From Marsupella aquatica (taxonomy: Eukaryota; Plantae; Marchantiophyta), in assembly GCA_973895155.1 (NCBI GenBank), contig OZ316896.1, positions 62,001 through 126,000 on the forward strand: a DNA stretch of 64,000 bases, in the 5' to 3' direction. A model generated the notes under the pieces. That model was given only the letters and a program-made list of their open reading frames with translations. It was not told the origin of the DNA and did not search any database. Of this stretch, positions 29,250 through 42,324 are shown in pieces. A program made the translations under genes and the position numbers. Position 1 is the first letter of the stretch. Every line of letters starts with the position of its first letter.

Positions 29250-31957
29250 TTGATGGATACCACTTCTCCATTGACAGTTGATGGAGGGGTGGATGTCAAG
29301 TCGATACAGCCAGTATCCAATGTCCTGGCAAAAGCTGAGACATGCATCACGAAGGATAACACCAAAGCTCAACTGCCAAGAGCAGCTAAGAAAGCGAAAG
29401 GCCAGAGCTCTGATGTAACTTGGTCTCCGACCGAGTTCTACAAGGATGCGGCCTGGTTTGCGACAAACTGTGGTCTCCCCAATGAGGGCAAATTTCCCCA
29501 CAAGATTTTGGATCTCACCGAGGAACAACTAAGTGCATGCTTTGGTGAGGTAACAAGGAACGGCTACAAGCTAAGTACTTGCACGGGTATTCCTCTTGAT
29601 GAGATTTTAGCACTGTCTCAAGTGGTGGATGGGTATGACAAGCCTGTTAATGGAATTCTATCTCATACATTTGTCAAAGGTGCCTATGCCGAGCGGGTGC
29701 TTCATAGAAAGGTAAACTGGGCAGCTTATGCATCGACAAAGCTGAAGGGTCAAGTAACTCAGTGGTCACGAGATGGGAAAGGTAGGCCTGATGGCCCTCC
29801 TTGTGTTAGAAAGCCTCAACTGTATTCAGCTCCAATGTCTATGTCGTCAACTCCAAAGTCTTTGTCAGAGACTAAACCCGTCGTCTACAACGGACAATTA
29901 GCACTTTTTGAGAGCCCTAAAAGTGCCGTGCCCAAGGAGCGTGGCAGTTGCAGCTTGACTAAGGTTAGCACAGTACCTCCTCCCACACCTATTCTATGTG
30001 TTCGTCCATCGAAGAAGAGACAGATTCCCTTGAAAGTGAAGAACGTTCTGGTATCTGCAATAGAAGCAGAGATATCTAAGATGAGGGGTTAGCTCGTGTC
30101 TGTGAACAAGAGGTTTGACAAGGTCCATTCTACCATGGACAAGCTGAAGGTAATTTAGTCGGGACGTGATGATGTGGAGAGCTCATTACAACAAGAGATT
30201 GAGAACCTACGACTTCAAGAAGAAAAAACCTCCGCTGAAATTGATGCAGAAGAAACTGCAGTGGAAGAAGTAACGACCGACATTGAGTTGGAATCCAACA
30301 AGCCGGGTGATGGAGAGGCGATTCAAGAGGTACTTTGAGGTTTCCTCCTTCATCTTGCTAGGATCATGTACTTTCTCTGTTCAGGACCCGTTTGTTTGCG
30401 GTTGTGGACTTCAATGTGGGCTTTAGGCGATGGGGTACACAATATCATCAGTTATCAGCCACTGATAACTGATATCAGCGGCTGATATCAGTTACCTCAA
30501 AAAAATTTGAATCTCAGCTAAGGAGCTAAGATTGGGACCTTTGTACGTCCGCGCATCTCAGCTAGGCAGCTGAGATTGTTCAATCTTGGCTGACCTCGCT
30601 GAGATGGGTGTACGGACCGAAAAAAATCGGGAAAAAAAAAAACTTAAAATTAACTGATGAGATTACTTATCTCTTAGGCGATGGACCTTGTGGCAAGACA
30701 TGTGATTGATTGAAATGTTGATATTGCAGATTAACAACGACTTGTTGGCCTTGATGGGGACAACACTAAGAACTCACGAGAGTACAATCATCCAGCTTTC
30801 TAGCCTGTTGGAAGCCACCCGACGGGATTTGCATAGTGTGAAGGAAAGATTACAGAGAAAACGAGAGTATGACGAGAGTGTGCCTAAAATGATGTCCCGG
30901 TTGTTTGACTTATCTAACAAGTTAGCAGCAGAACGCCAAAAGATTGAATATAATTTGAAGCATCAAGAAGTAGAGCTTGCGATTGTGGCAGACATTTTAT
31001 GCAACCCATGTCCTGCAGTGATGCCACGTTATACCCTTACGTCCACTGAAACAGTTTTTAGCAGAGTTTCTGTATCAAGTTGTCCAATTTGTTGCAATGG
31101 ATACCATTGCTACAATTGGATCCCAGCATCCTGTGGGCACACATATCATCCTGCATGTTTGTTTACTTATATTCATTCATGTACGGGCGGCCCACAATGC
31201 AAGGCATGCGGGGCAATTTTCAGTAATGGCTGGTTACAAACTTGGGGTTTAGATGATGAGCAAGGCTACAAAGAGGGCACTCATATAGCCCTGGAGCATC
31301 ACCCAATGGCCATGGAAGTGGAGGACCTATATGGGAAGAACTGTAGGCGATTGGCCCAGAGGCGACACTTGGTGAACAATATGGTCTCAATTGAAGGAAA
31401 GGTATCCACACTGGTCTGCACTTTAATTGCTAGTTGGCTTTCAATTGATGAATTTGCAATCTTTGGAGATTGATGGGTTACGAATGGATGTTGAGCACTG
31501 TTCACTGTGTACTGCTTCTTATGGAACATGGTCTGCTATTGTGGAGCAGGATCTGCAAGAGATTGTTGAGCGGTGCTTGGCTTCTAGAATACCTTCTTCC
31601 ACGGTTTAGGATGTAGCTACTGAGGGTTGCGATGGTGAAGACAGATCATCCAAGATGGTCATGTTGTCACCAAAGGTTGAGGATGAGGATTCAGGGAAGA
31701 AACGGAAGTGTGATGTAGATTCTAGCAGGAAGGTGAAATTAATACCGTTGTTGAGTGCTAAGCCTGGTCAAGATGTGCTAACGCCTAGTGCCACTCTCCC
31801 ATTTTCCCCAGAGGCAGATATCACCTTTAAGACATACTCTTCATTGAAGACTCCAAGCCCTTCTCGACCAACAATACCTCCACCAAATTGCGATGGTGTA
31901 GATGCTAGGCCAAAGAAGAAGCTTTACAATATGCGTATGCCTCAGATAACGTTTTAA
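29250..31957 (+). pseudogene. TE-associated multi-exon gene: NGY..C/VNWA domain, coiled coil, RING finger; internal stops
   Basis: NGYKLSTC...KVNWAAYA; heptad-rich 30731-30990; CPICC...SCGHTYHPACL...CKAC RING; stops at 30090 and downstream. Confidence 0.6.
30432..30673. mobile_element. Mutator-like MITE in a putative intron
   Basis: 9-bp direct repeat TTAGGCGAT at 30423-30431 and 30674-30682; G...C ends; imperfect TIR (AAT.TCATCAGTT); internal palindromes. Confidence 0.6.
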
Positions 31958-32412
31958 GTGGTAGCTTCTTTGGATGTTGAAGATCTGGTCTGCATTTTGC
32001 AATCCGCATACCGTGATTTTAATGCCTTTTGTGGTTAAAACTTCCTCCATGCTCTTTGTGCAGCTTCGAAAGACCAGCCGCAAATCATATTTTTGAGCAA
32101 TTCTCAGTTTCTCACTGGTAAGTCTTTTGGCAAATGGCATCTGCAAATGATCAGTCCTGCCTTTTGCAATCTCTACTTGGTAATAGCATGCTCACTCTCT
32201 AATCCGAGTAATCTTAGATGAGGGTCTGGTCCTTTTTGAAAGGAGTGTACGCAGGAGCGAGTCTTGTAGAGTCCTTCACTTAGTTCATGTCTTGTGTCAA
32301 TTTTAAACGAGTTCAATCTTCTCTGTCAAGGACTGAGCCCCTGTCAACCATTTTTTAACCTCTTAGTCCTTCTTTGTTAAGGACTGGGTGGCAGTTTTCA
32401 AGGAGTCCATCT

Positions 32413-32710
32413 CCATTGTGAAAGGAGCATGACTCCTTTGTTAAGGACTCTAAGTCCTTATGAAGGAAGTACATGTCCTTTGTCAAGGAGTGTCACTCCT
32501 TTGTTAAGGAGTGTATGTCCTTTTTAAAGGACTGATCGTCCTTTGTAAAGGAGTGACACTCCTTTACCAAGGACATTTGGTCCTTGACAAAGGAGCACTC
32601 TTCCTTTTGTAAGGACTCTCGGTCCTTGACAAAGGAGTATTAGTCCTTTTGAAAGGACTACAACGTCTTGACAAAGGAGCAATAGTCCGTTCACTCCTTG
32701 TAAAAGGAGT
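32413..32710. repeat. 21-bp-period array of palindromic TCCTT-N4-AAGGA units with variable 7-bp spacers
   Basis: TCCTT at 32434, 32455, 32476, 32497, 32518, 32539, 32560, 32581, 32602, 32623, 32644. Confidence 0.9.
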
Positions 32711-32927
32711 GTTCGTTTAGTCCTGAGTGATTCTCCTTTTTGAGGAGTGGGTGTGATTCAAGTAATTTGTATGAAGTTGATCGAGTATGTGCTTTGAGTG
32801 GATCTTGACTATGTCCTTAAGGAGTGAATGTGGCATTCAGTACTTCAATAATAGCATTAGTGCAGCATATATAAGATTTTTATTAGCAGTTTCTAAATAC
32901 TTAGCCTCTCTGTTTGATTTGCTGCAG

Positions 32928-33400
32928 ATGGCCAAGAATGAGAAGTTTGTCACCCTCCATCTGGCCAAGATTGAATCCATGTGGGGACTTTGTGCTGGCT
33001 CTTATGTTTATGAAGGTTGTTCAAACCTGTTGAGTGATGGTAGACCCTGTGCTTTGGGCAAGCACAAGCGAAAATTGAGAAGGCAAGATGCAAACTCTCC
33101 AATGGGACCCCATTTGCGAGGCAGAACCACACACGAGTGTTGTCTTGATGGGGCTGGTACACAGATGTACTGCTTTGCTGTGCAGATTGGCGATGAAGTG
33201 ATTCAGTTCAATGAAGAGAATGGGGAGAAGCTAATGGGTGTGCCTGGTAAAGTTTTCAAGGACGAGCTTGATGGTTACCCTGACAAGATCAGGAGACCCT
33301 ATCGGATGTGTTCAGGCGTTGGCAGGAGCCTGTGAAGGTTGTAAACAAGCTACTTCTTGGGAAAACAAAGCCCACCCAGGTAACCGGGAAGGACATGTGG
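32928..33400 (+). pseudogene. RPA1 C-terminal-like OB-fold/zinc-ribbon fragment
   Basis: YVYEGC...C...C, then FAVQIGD...FNEENGEKLMGVPG resembling RPA70 C-terminal OB fold; frameshifted. Confidence 0.4.
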
Positions 33401-33719
33401 GTGTACTGGGCTTCCTGGTGGAGTACAATCCCGGAAGAGGTTCGGGCCCAGGATGTGGAATGTCCAACTTTCAAGCCAGACTAGGCTCATTTTGTGTGGG
33501 ACTGCTTGAAGGGTGAGATAGTGGCGTTGAGGAAGCATTTGTCAGATGATAAGCTTCCGAGAATGAAACGTTATCCCTGTTACTGTGGCACGGCTGTAAC
33601 GCGATTGCTCCTTCACAGTGGGTATTCCATGAGGGATCTACTTCAAAAACCCAGGAGTGCAGACGAAAGTGAGACGCGCAGTAGGCAGAGTGCTAGTGAA
33701 GCAGAGATGCAGGGTCAGA

Positions 33720-34431
33720 GCGTCAGAGAAGAGTATAGTATTTTCCCAATGGATGTCTGCTTTGGACCTGTTACAGCCACACCTGGAGAGAGCTGGCATC
33801 CAGTACAGGAGGTTTGATGGGTCCTTAGGGCCACTGGGGTGCCACGGTGATGGAGGAGTTCAGGACGCGCCCGGAGGTGCGTACGTAGGGCAAGTACACC
33901 ACCGTACTTCAGGGTTTAGGGTCGTTCAAATTAACTATCGAACCAACTCAATTGACCGGCCTGTTTCTTACATGCTTCTTTGCCATGCAGGTGAGTGTCA
34001 TTCTGATGTCCTTGCTTTCCGGAGGTGTTGTGTTGAACATCGAATACGCCAATCATGTTTTTTTCCTGGACTCTTGGTGGAATCCAGCAATGGAAGACCA
34101 GGCCGTTGGTTGAGCACATCGAATAGGACAGAAGAAAAAAGTGTACGTGACACGAATCGTTCTAGAGGACTCGGTCGAGGAGTCGGTTTTGGAGCTGCAG
34201 GTACGTACCGGTTTCTTAAGAAGCTTTCTTCAACAATATGTTAGCTTGTATACATAGTTTGCCGAAACCCTAAACCATTCAAACTCTCTACCTTATTGTC
34301 CCACTCTTTTGACTGCAGGATATGAAGCGTAACATGGCTCAACAGCTCTACGAAGGAGGTGGGGCCGCATTCAGACCTAGTACACAATCTGACGGCGGTG
34401 TTTCGAGAGATATTGAGTACATATTTCGCTA
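33720..34431 (+). pseudogene. SNF2 (RAD5/RAD16-like) helicase C-terminal fragment
   Basis: EKSIVFSQW..LDL...L...GI...RFDGS; [38 protein letters not shown]; broken frames. Confidence 0.85.
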
Positions 34432-34531
34432 GTCTCGCTAAGCACCGACGGGCTTTGGAGTTAGTTGGCCGTGCACTCGCAATATCACTTGAACTGTAAA
34501 AGTTGCTGCTTGCACAATCAGGCCACAGGTT

Positions 34532-34830
34532 AATCCCTGGCTGTGTTGGTCTTATCGATGGTTCTTTGCTTCCCTTACCTAAACGTCCTTTTGCCCATGG
34601 GGAATGCTACTGTGGGGAAAGAGTAGATACTCAGTCAATGTGCAGGTGGTCTGTGATAATAGGCGGCGGACAATGAAATGAAATGTTTGCCTTTCCCATT
34701 TTCAAGGAATGCCTGGCTTAAGGAAATGACCTCTTTGGAAGTTCTGCACAGATGTAAACAGTAAAATCTGGTGGGTGACACCGGGTACCAGGCTTTACCT
34801 CATGTAGTTTGTGCATTCAAGAGAGCAGAC
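34532..34830 (+). mobile_element. PIF/Harbinger DDE transposase fragment
   Basis: PGCVGLIDGS...KSRYSVNVQVVCDNRRR...LVGDTGY; frameshifted and internally deleted. Confidence 0.8.
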
Positions 34831-35876
34831 ATGGTACATGACAAAGAGGATTTCAGCACTTGGTGTGGCAGAGTGCCGTGGTACATGACAAAGAGGATTC
34901 CTCCCCTGAATTCATCTGTCCACGGTTAGATTAGATATTCAGCGACTGGAGACATCCAGACAATTGACAATTCGGAAGAAGTAAGATGTGCTTAGACATC
35001 CTTGCCTCTCTACTCTCGCATTTGACACGGAAACTTAGGACTGCTTTGATGCAGATGTTCCGAGAGGGAAGATTGAATTTGAGACGCCCTAGCAGTAGTA
35101 GAGCCAAGGCTAGAAAGAGCTACGGTGGCATTTTTAGATTGCAGTAAGGAGAGGAGTAAGAGGACGGCCCCCTTCTGTTTTGGCTTCTTTCGGGTGGTTC
35201 TGTTCCAGTGTGCTATAAAGCCCATTTCAATTAATCTAAAAAAAACTCAATTAATTGAAAATAATACCTCATGGCCTTTTGGTATACATGCCCCCATTTG
35301 CTTGTAGACGGGCTACCGTAGTATCCTTGAATTCTGCCTTGTTGGGAGTCTGTTTCCACGCTTTGCTGTCCGTATACTGCGCGACTCTCGTGTAGAGCCT
35401 TAAATAAATCTTTAGTGTGAAAGCGATATGAAAACATAATTTTACAATGAAGCCGGAACACGGCACGCGACTGGACACGGACGACTTGTTCCCGGTGCAC
35501 ACTTGGCCACGCGTTTGGACTAACACAATATAGACGCATCCGTTCCCAACTTCTATGACCTCTGTGTCCTATGTATCCTGTATACACTCTGTACCCTCGG
35601 ATTTCAACTGCAAAACCCAGGTTTTCTTATGATGCAAGTTTGGCTATTCGGTTAAATCAACTAATTCCTACATGGAAGCTGGCCCCCTGTCTCGGTGGCA
35701 AACCCAGAGCTGAGTTGCTTGCTACCCCGCTTTGAACCCTGTGGTTCTGATTCTTCTATGTGGTAGCTGAAGGAAGGCAAATACGATACTTCTACACGGT
35801 GGTCCACAGAACAAATCCAAGCCACACAATGTACTATGATTCCCAAAACTCGAACTGTCGAAGTCTACATCAATAT

Positions 35877-38800
35877 TCAGACAATCAATTTCCTAAATAG
35901 GCTCACAACAATTCTTCTCCTAGCAGAATCCATGTCCTGAGCCGTGAAATCAAAAACCATGTCTAAACTACGGTACTCAGCAAATTTCATGACAAATACG
36001 CCACAGTTGTAGCTGTCGGTTTGGCGAGGAATGTCCTTGCGTGCGTGCCTGGGCCACTCACGAGCCCAAAGGTGCTTCTGATTTTTGGTTCTCAATTTGT
36101 CGTCCATGTATTTCGCTAGGTTTTTCAGAACATCCGGCTCTTCACCATGAAGGGAATCCAGATACTCTAGGCATTTCTCATTCTTGTCAATGACGACCAA
36201 CGCCCAATGGCTTCCGCCGTCAACGTGAATAGGGACAAAAATACGATCACAATCAAGCAGGAAATACGTCAATTTCGAGGTCCCTGACTCCACCGCCGCA
36301 TAATTATAACCATTCTTTGTGAGTACCGAGTAGAACCAGGTATCAAAGAAATGGCACTTGAAGACTCTCGTCCGTGATCTGTCTTCCATCGCTTTGATGA
36401 GACCGAAATACGCGTTCATAACCTCGGAAGTTATCCATTCTCCTGGAGAGAGGCATCTCATTTCTTTCCGGGTTATGACGCAACCATTAGTGGTGCTGAC
36501 TAAAACTGCGTCTTGATCCAAGTCAGGGCTCAGGCAAAAGTCTATGACGCCGTGGTCGTCCACCTGGTCCGGTGGAGGGTTTTCTTTTGGTGACTCATTG
36601 ACAGTAGTAATGGATTTAGTTTTTTGGACCCGGGCGCCTCTTTGAATCGCATGCTCGACGATAGTGCTATCCGATACTCCTCCTGGATGATGAACATGAG
36701 CCGCGACGACGGACTTTTCACCCCGAACTGGGGTGCTATTATTATTATCATTGGAAAGATGATAACGCGGACGATCGATATCGCGGACGATCGATACTTG
36801 CGAGTCTCTTAACAAGGACTGTCCGGATAATAGCCCCGCCGGCACTACTGCCCCGTCAAACGACTGAGGCACGTGGTGGTCATGACCGGCTTGCATCGCA
36901 CACGAGAGCGAAGGCAGAACCGCTGTGTCTCCTTGGAGACCCTTGTCCACAGCGCTGTCCATTCGCATACTCGCAGGATAGTGACCAATGGCTGCCCTGG
37001 CATTCAAATCTTGTGTGGAGCAGCCCGGTGGTCTCCACAATGACTTTGCGAAGCTCGACACCTTGTCCAGAGACTTCAAGTTCTCGGCATACGCCGTGAG
37101 GTCCATGACGTCCTCCCTGGCGGAGCAGAATGAGAAGCACTCGCGTTCCAAGAGTAGTGCATGCTTCAGAACCTGCCCCCTTGTAAAGAAATCGAGCACT
37201 ATTTCCTCTTTTTTTGAGAAAACTTCTATTATAGCTCGGATTATTCGCCCGGGCTTGATATTGGTAGTGAAGGAGCGGCCACTGGGCGATCTGAACGGAA
37301 CCCGATTTTCCAGCCTAACTTTCATCGCCGCTTGTTTGATGCTAGCCATCTCCCCATTGGGACGGTCTGTCGATTGTTCCTTGCTTGCCTTCCGGAGCTC
37401 CACTCGGTCTCCGTCTTCGAAGCTGAAATGGCCGCTGAAATTCTTGAAATGCGCTTCCCAATCCGGTTCCCTGTCTTGGGAAACGCCGAGAAAAATCACA
37501 GTTTCCACCACACCTCTCATGTGCTGCCGCGGGAGAAGCTCAAAGGCATTCTTGAAATAGGTGCCATATTCAAGATGGGCATTATAGTTATCGGGGAGAC
37601 ATCGCGCCGCCTCAATGATCCGTGCTAGAAGTATTCCCGGATGCACAAAAAAGGCGAGGGTCAGTGACTCGTTGGCCGGAACATTGACGACAATTTTCAG
37701 AAAATTCAATATTTCTGATTGTGTCCACGTATTGCCCCCGGTGTGTGTCAAGTCCACGATCGCAAGAGATGCCACAATACTCTCACTACAGCTAGAGCAA
37801 TCGAACGGCGGCTCGGCCGAAGCGAGAAAATTTCCAGTGTAGAAAATTCTGTAGGGATCCATCCTCGACCGAATATGTCCGCCAAACTTCTTCAGATACA
37901 GATTTCATAGCCTATTTTTCAAAGCCTCCGGCATGTCGGCCCTCTCGGACACCTTCACCAGGCTCTTGAAATATCCGGCATCGACCAATGCGCAACAGCG
38001 ATCGAGTTCGTCATTCGTAAAATCAAACGTCCGAACGACGTCCGCCCAGAGAGCACCGGCTGAAAACAATCGGTCATAGTTTGCGCGATAGAATCGCAGG
38101 ATTGTGCCTTTCAGTTTGTCCGTATACTTTGCCTTTGCTGCCAGGTCGGACATGGTCGGAAGATCAGTTAAAGCGTGTTTCTTTTTAATCAACAGCACAT
38201 CACCCGAAAGGACTTTCATTAAGATGTCGGTGATGTCGGATTCCCGCGCGCCCTCAAACACTCGGAACGTACTTCCGTTTAACCTCTTTGCTTCCTTTGG
38301 TTTGTAGGTAACCTCTCCAATGTTGTCGGGCAAATGTCCTTTCAACCAACTGTTGCAAACCGCTCTCCACAGTTTGTACAGGTCTTCCGAGGCGAACAGG
38401 ATCCAGTTATACTCGCTGATGGTACTCACCTGCAGCGTGAGTTTTGCAAGCGCCTCGTACTCCTGATCATTATCAATCATAAATATGTGAATCGAAGAAT
38501 TACACACGCTGCGTACACTACATACCCTGCATACCCATTCAATAAAATACTTAAAAATGTAGTCATGATTTTCTGCCCACCCATCATATACATAAACACA
38601 AATCCTCCATATACTACCTGGAATTCGGTGGACTTCCGCCCAGAAGGAAGTGGACGAGCTGGACGACCCATTTCGCTGTACTGCAACCGGGCGTGCTCCA
38701 CCTGATCGATGAATGGAGATGAAAACCTGTGTGCTTCGGCTTGCATGTTGTTTGCATGGGAAATCTCCACCAGAACTTGGGCAGGGATCGAACCCTTCAG

Positions 38801-40573
38801 GATTCGAGCCCGTCGATATTTCAGTAACTTGGCTGTTTGCATCAACGCCGGTTGGGTTTGCGCACTCCTAATTATCCTCTTTGCAGCCATTGCCAAGTGT
38901 TGTCCACTGATTGCGAAATATTTTAATTCGGACAACTTGTCGGAATCAGAATTGGAAACAGATAGGTCGATGAGTTTGTAAGCCCCGTCGATGCCAATGC
39001 TGTAGGCAACCAGATCTGCAGGTAGTGGCTCCTGACCAGCGTTGGTAATCATGAGTTCGACGAGGCGATTGACGTGATTGTCATTCAGTAAACGCTCGTT
39101 CATCTTGGCTGGCGGAGTGTGGATATTGTCCACTGGAACCGCGCAAAGCGTAGATAGTCCAAAGGAATACCAACACTTGTACAACTGCAAAGTCCTCTCT
39201 ACATTTTCGAGACGAGAACGATTGACCAACAATGTCGAACTATCATCCACATTCAGCTCGACGGTGTTGATTGACACCCTTTTCTTCTTCGAGACCCTGC
39301 TCGTGTGCCCTTCCTCTGTCTTTGTTTTCGCTCCACATGCTTGTTCAATGTTCTCCCCTTTGCTTCTTTTCCCCGTTTTTTCTGCCATCGCCTGAGGTTT
39401 CTGTTTTCCCGATGCCTCCACTTTTCGTGCTTCCTTTCCTTCTTCCCTGGCTGCTGCTGCTGCTCTCTCTCTCGTGACGACCTTTCTTTCGGCTGCTTTC
39501 CTAGATGTCTCATTCTCCGGCCCGGTCTTCGTTTGGGGTTCCTTGTCTTCGCTCCTTTCAACTTGCTGCCTCCCTCGCGTGCTTGGCACCGTCAACTGTT
39601 TATCGTCCCTATTTCTCTTTTTGCGATTTATGAACTGATCCGGCCGTAATACCACTTCAAGCATTTCCTCCGGCACACTGCATGTACCTTCCACAACCTC
39701 ATTACCCTCGAATCTGCCTGAATGAGATGGATGACAAGGTTCCAGCTTCCTCGTTTCTGGCCCTGATTCGGACAAACGTCCAGCTTGACGAAGAACTGGA
39801 TGCTTACGGATCCAAGTTTTTACAGAATCGCGACTGAATTCGTTTGTGAAAATTACAGCTTTGTCGATAGTTATCCTCTCGCGAAGCTCATCGTCACCTA
39901 TGGTACGCGCCATGATGTGTGCCACCTCTCTGGTTCGGGACAGGAAAAGTCCATGCCTGTGATTCAATAAGAAGTTTACCCTTCCAAGCCCGTACAGTAT
40001 ATCATCACAACATATGTCATGATCCTCATCCATGAACGACTCACAAGTGGGATCAAAGAATCCGTGCGATGTGATGTTCATCCGGACATCGTACGGTTCG
40101 AGGCAATGTGCACAGCAGAATCTTCCAGCAAGTGCGACAAATTGCTTGAAACTCAAACCTTCAAGATCCTCCACCGTTATGATGAGCTGCCTCTCTCCCG
40201 GCCGCCACTTAGGATTGGCAGTTACACAGCAGTCCGCGACAGCACCAAAAGTGACCCAGCGTTTATGCTCCTTCTCGGTTGCTATGCCTCGAAGGACACA
40301 CCGCCACACGCCCGTCACTTGCATCAATTCAAAAGACCATGATGGAACCGATTCAGAGATACGAGCATATCCCTTCACTTTAGGTGTCTGTAGCGCCAGA
40401 TGGCTCAAATCGCAGAGAAGCGGTTCAACTCCTACGATCGAGCAACAAGCGAAGTATTTAGACTTTAGCACCACAAGAACACGGATGAAGGTGTTTCGAC
40501 ACGGCAAGCCATCTAGAAAAATTGACGACTCTAAAGGATAGCAGAGATGCAAACAAACCCAAAAATGAGCCAT
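35877..40573 (-). pseudogene. Large TE-type gene: ParB/Srx-like domain, degenerate beta-class amino-methyltransferase-like domain, Ulp1/C48 SUMO protease; in-frame TGA at 37905-37907
   Basis: NERLLNDNHVNRLVELM...FAISGQHL (ParB-like); KPGRIIRAIIEVFSKKEEIVLDFF...ALLLER (MTase motif X/I-like); HWALVVID, YLDSL, QTDSYNCGVF (Ulp1 His-Asp-Cys). Intron near 38510-38617 not resolved. Confidence 0.7.
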
Positions 40574-42097
40574 TTCAAACCCTAAATCCTAAAGCCATTC
40601 CCATTGCCGACGATCGCCACAATGGAATACAGTGTGCAAATATGACATAGACAACCCTAATGGGTGAGAGCTGCCTCCGCGGGCTGGAAGAAAGGCTGAC
40701 AACCCTAAAACATCGCGCGTTGTATATCATCTCATTTGCATCGCCGCCCATGGTTCTCTGCAAAAGAAGTCGCATATCCTACCAGAGAGTCGCGTAGGGT
40801 AAATGACAGATGGGGGTTTAAGACCCTACCTTCCAGTTGGATGAAAGCTTCGGTTGCCAATGCCAGAGCATCCGACGCCGACAGAGTTGTCGTCATTCAT
40901 TCGCGTGATCTCCCTATTCACTGGCGAGGGTGCAGAGAGAGCACAGACACGGGCGAAAGTACGCTACGGTAGGGAGCAAGCCTCAGGAAATCCACCGGAG
41001 GATGCTGTTTAAGTAGTGTTGTTTCTTACTCTCGGGGTGGGCGAACCGTAAAGTGTGGCCGATGGTTAGGTCTTTCGTGCAGCAGAAGCTGGGATGCTCC
41101 TCATGACTGCTACCAGACTAGCAATCCGCAACCTTGTAGGCTCCATCCATCTTGGATCGCCATCGTACTCTCAATGCCCTCTTAATGCCGAGCCTGGCTT
41201 CCCGTCCGCTTCACGTATGATCTCTCATGAATGACGGCCGAGGATAAGTTACTCCTCAGGTGCCGCCTCCCAATTTTCAAGATCCAAGTACCATCAGTAC
41301 TGTTCAAGGCTCCTACTTACTGTCCCTGTCACTACCTAAAGCAGCGAGCCCAAAGTAAGTACCACGAAGTGGCAAGTAACTCAGCATGAAAAGCCGAGGC
41401 ACGAGCCATCAACAGGGCATCAGCCATCATCATTAATTTCAAGGTTTAAGAGCCTGTGGGATCTGATAGTTCGCTCATGTCTTATTAAGAACCTCATGGA
41501 TCTCATTGACAGCCAATCTGAAGTTGATGTGCCTTCTCCAAGTGGTCACCATTTTTTAAAACATAGAATACCTTCTTATAACGTCCTGTAAAAAAGAAGT
41601 AACCCAATAAAAAGAAAGACATAACACCAAAAGTGAACAGAACATAGCCTAAACCCTATGGGACTGTAATATGAATGATAAGCTTCCCCCCCCCCCGCCC
41701 ACATATCTTACACCACTTGGGGGCCGGGGGGCGGGGGGGGGGGGGTGGCGGGGTATAGGTTGGTGGAGCAAGCGCATTCTCTCCTCCTCATTCTTCACTG
41801 ATGCTCTCATTCACTATGTTTCTTAATCGGTGGTATCTCGTTAGTGTAGCGTGTGATCGAGTGTTACACATTTGCTGCCTAGCCTGAGTTTAATTGGAGC
41901 GGGCATGAATGGCCATAAAATCATGTCCAAAATCATCGCGCATAAAATCATTTTCATTCCATCTCGACCACCCTAAAAGGTTGAAAATAGCGGGTGCAAA
42001 GAATGTAATTACTTCTCAACAGTTATAAGAAAAAATAATCCCCAATGGGATTCTAATGGGTATAATCCTTATACCGAGCTCATCTGAGACCGCAATA

Positions 42098-42324
42098 TGT
42101 GACTCATTTTGGCTCAAGTGACTTCATTGTGACTCAACGTGACGTGAGCCGGGCTGTGACCCTTGGTGTTTCAAAAGTTGAGACCAAAAAACAAAAGTCA
42201 CTATTGATACTGGACATTGCGACTTGCTTCAATGATACCCATTTGTGACTGATCTGTGACTCCATTATGGAGTCCAGCCTTGTTGATACGTGACTGCAGT
42301 GTAACTTTAATTAGTCACAGGGTA
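42098..42324. repeat. Cluster of GTGAC(T) motifs ending GTCACAGGGTA; probable DNA-transposon terminus
   Basis: About 10 GTGAC/GTCAC cores in both orientations. Confidence 0.45.

Noticed and set aside
32413-32710. CRISPR-like repeat/spacer appearance
   Set aside because: Period is only 21 bp, spacers are 7 bp, there are no cas genes and the context is eukaryotic.
36988-37560. Antisense ORFs here and many other short ORFs in the track
   Set aside because: Shadows of real coding frames or of GC-rich LTR sequence, with no motifs.
40981-41450. Degraded coding-like stretch
   Set aside because: Multiple stops and frameshifts, and no family I can recognise with confidence.
41685-41755. C-run/G-run hairpin or G-quadruplex
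   Set aside because: Simple low-complexity tract with no supporting context; homopolymer lengths are unreliable.
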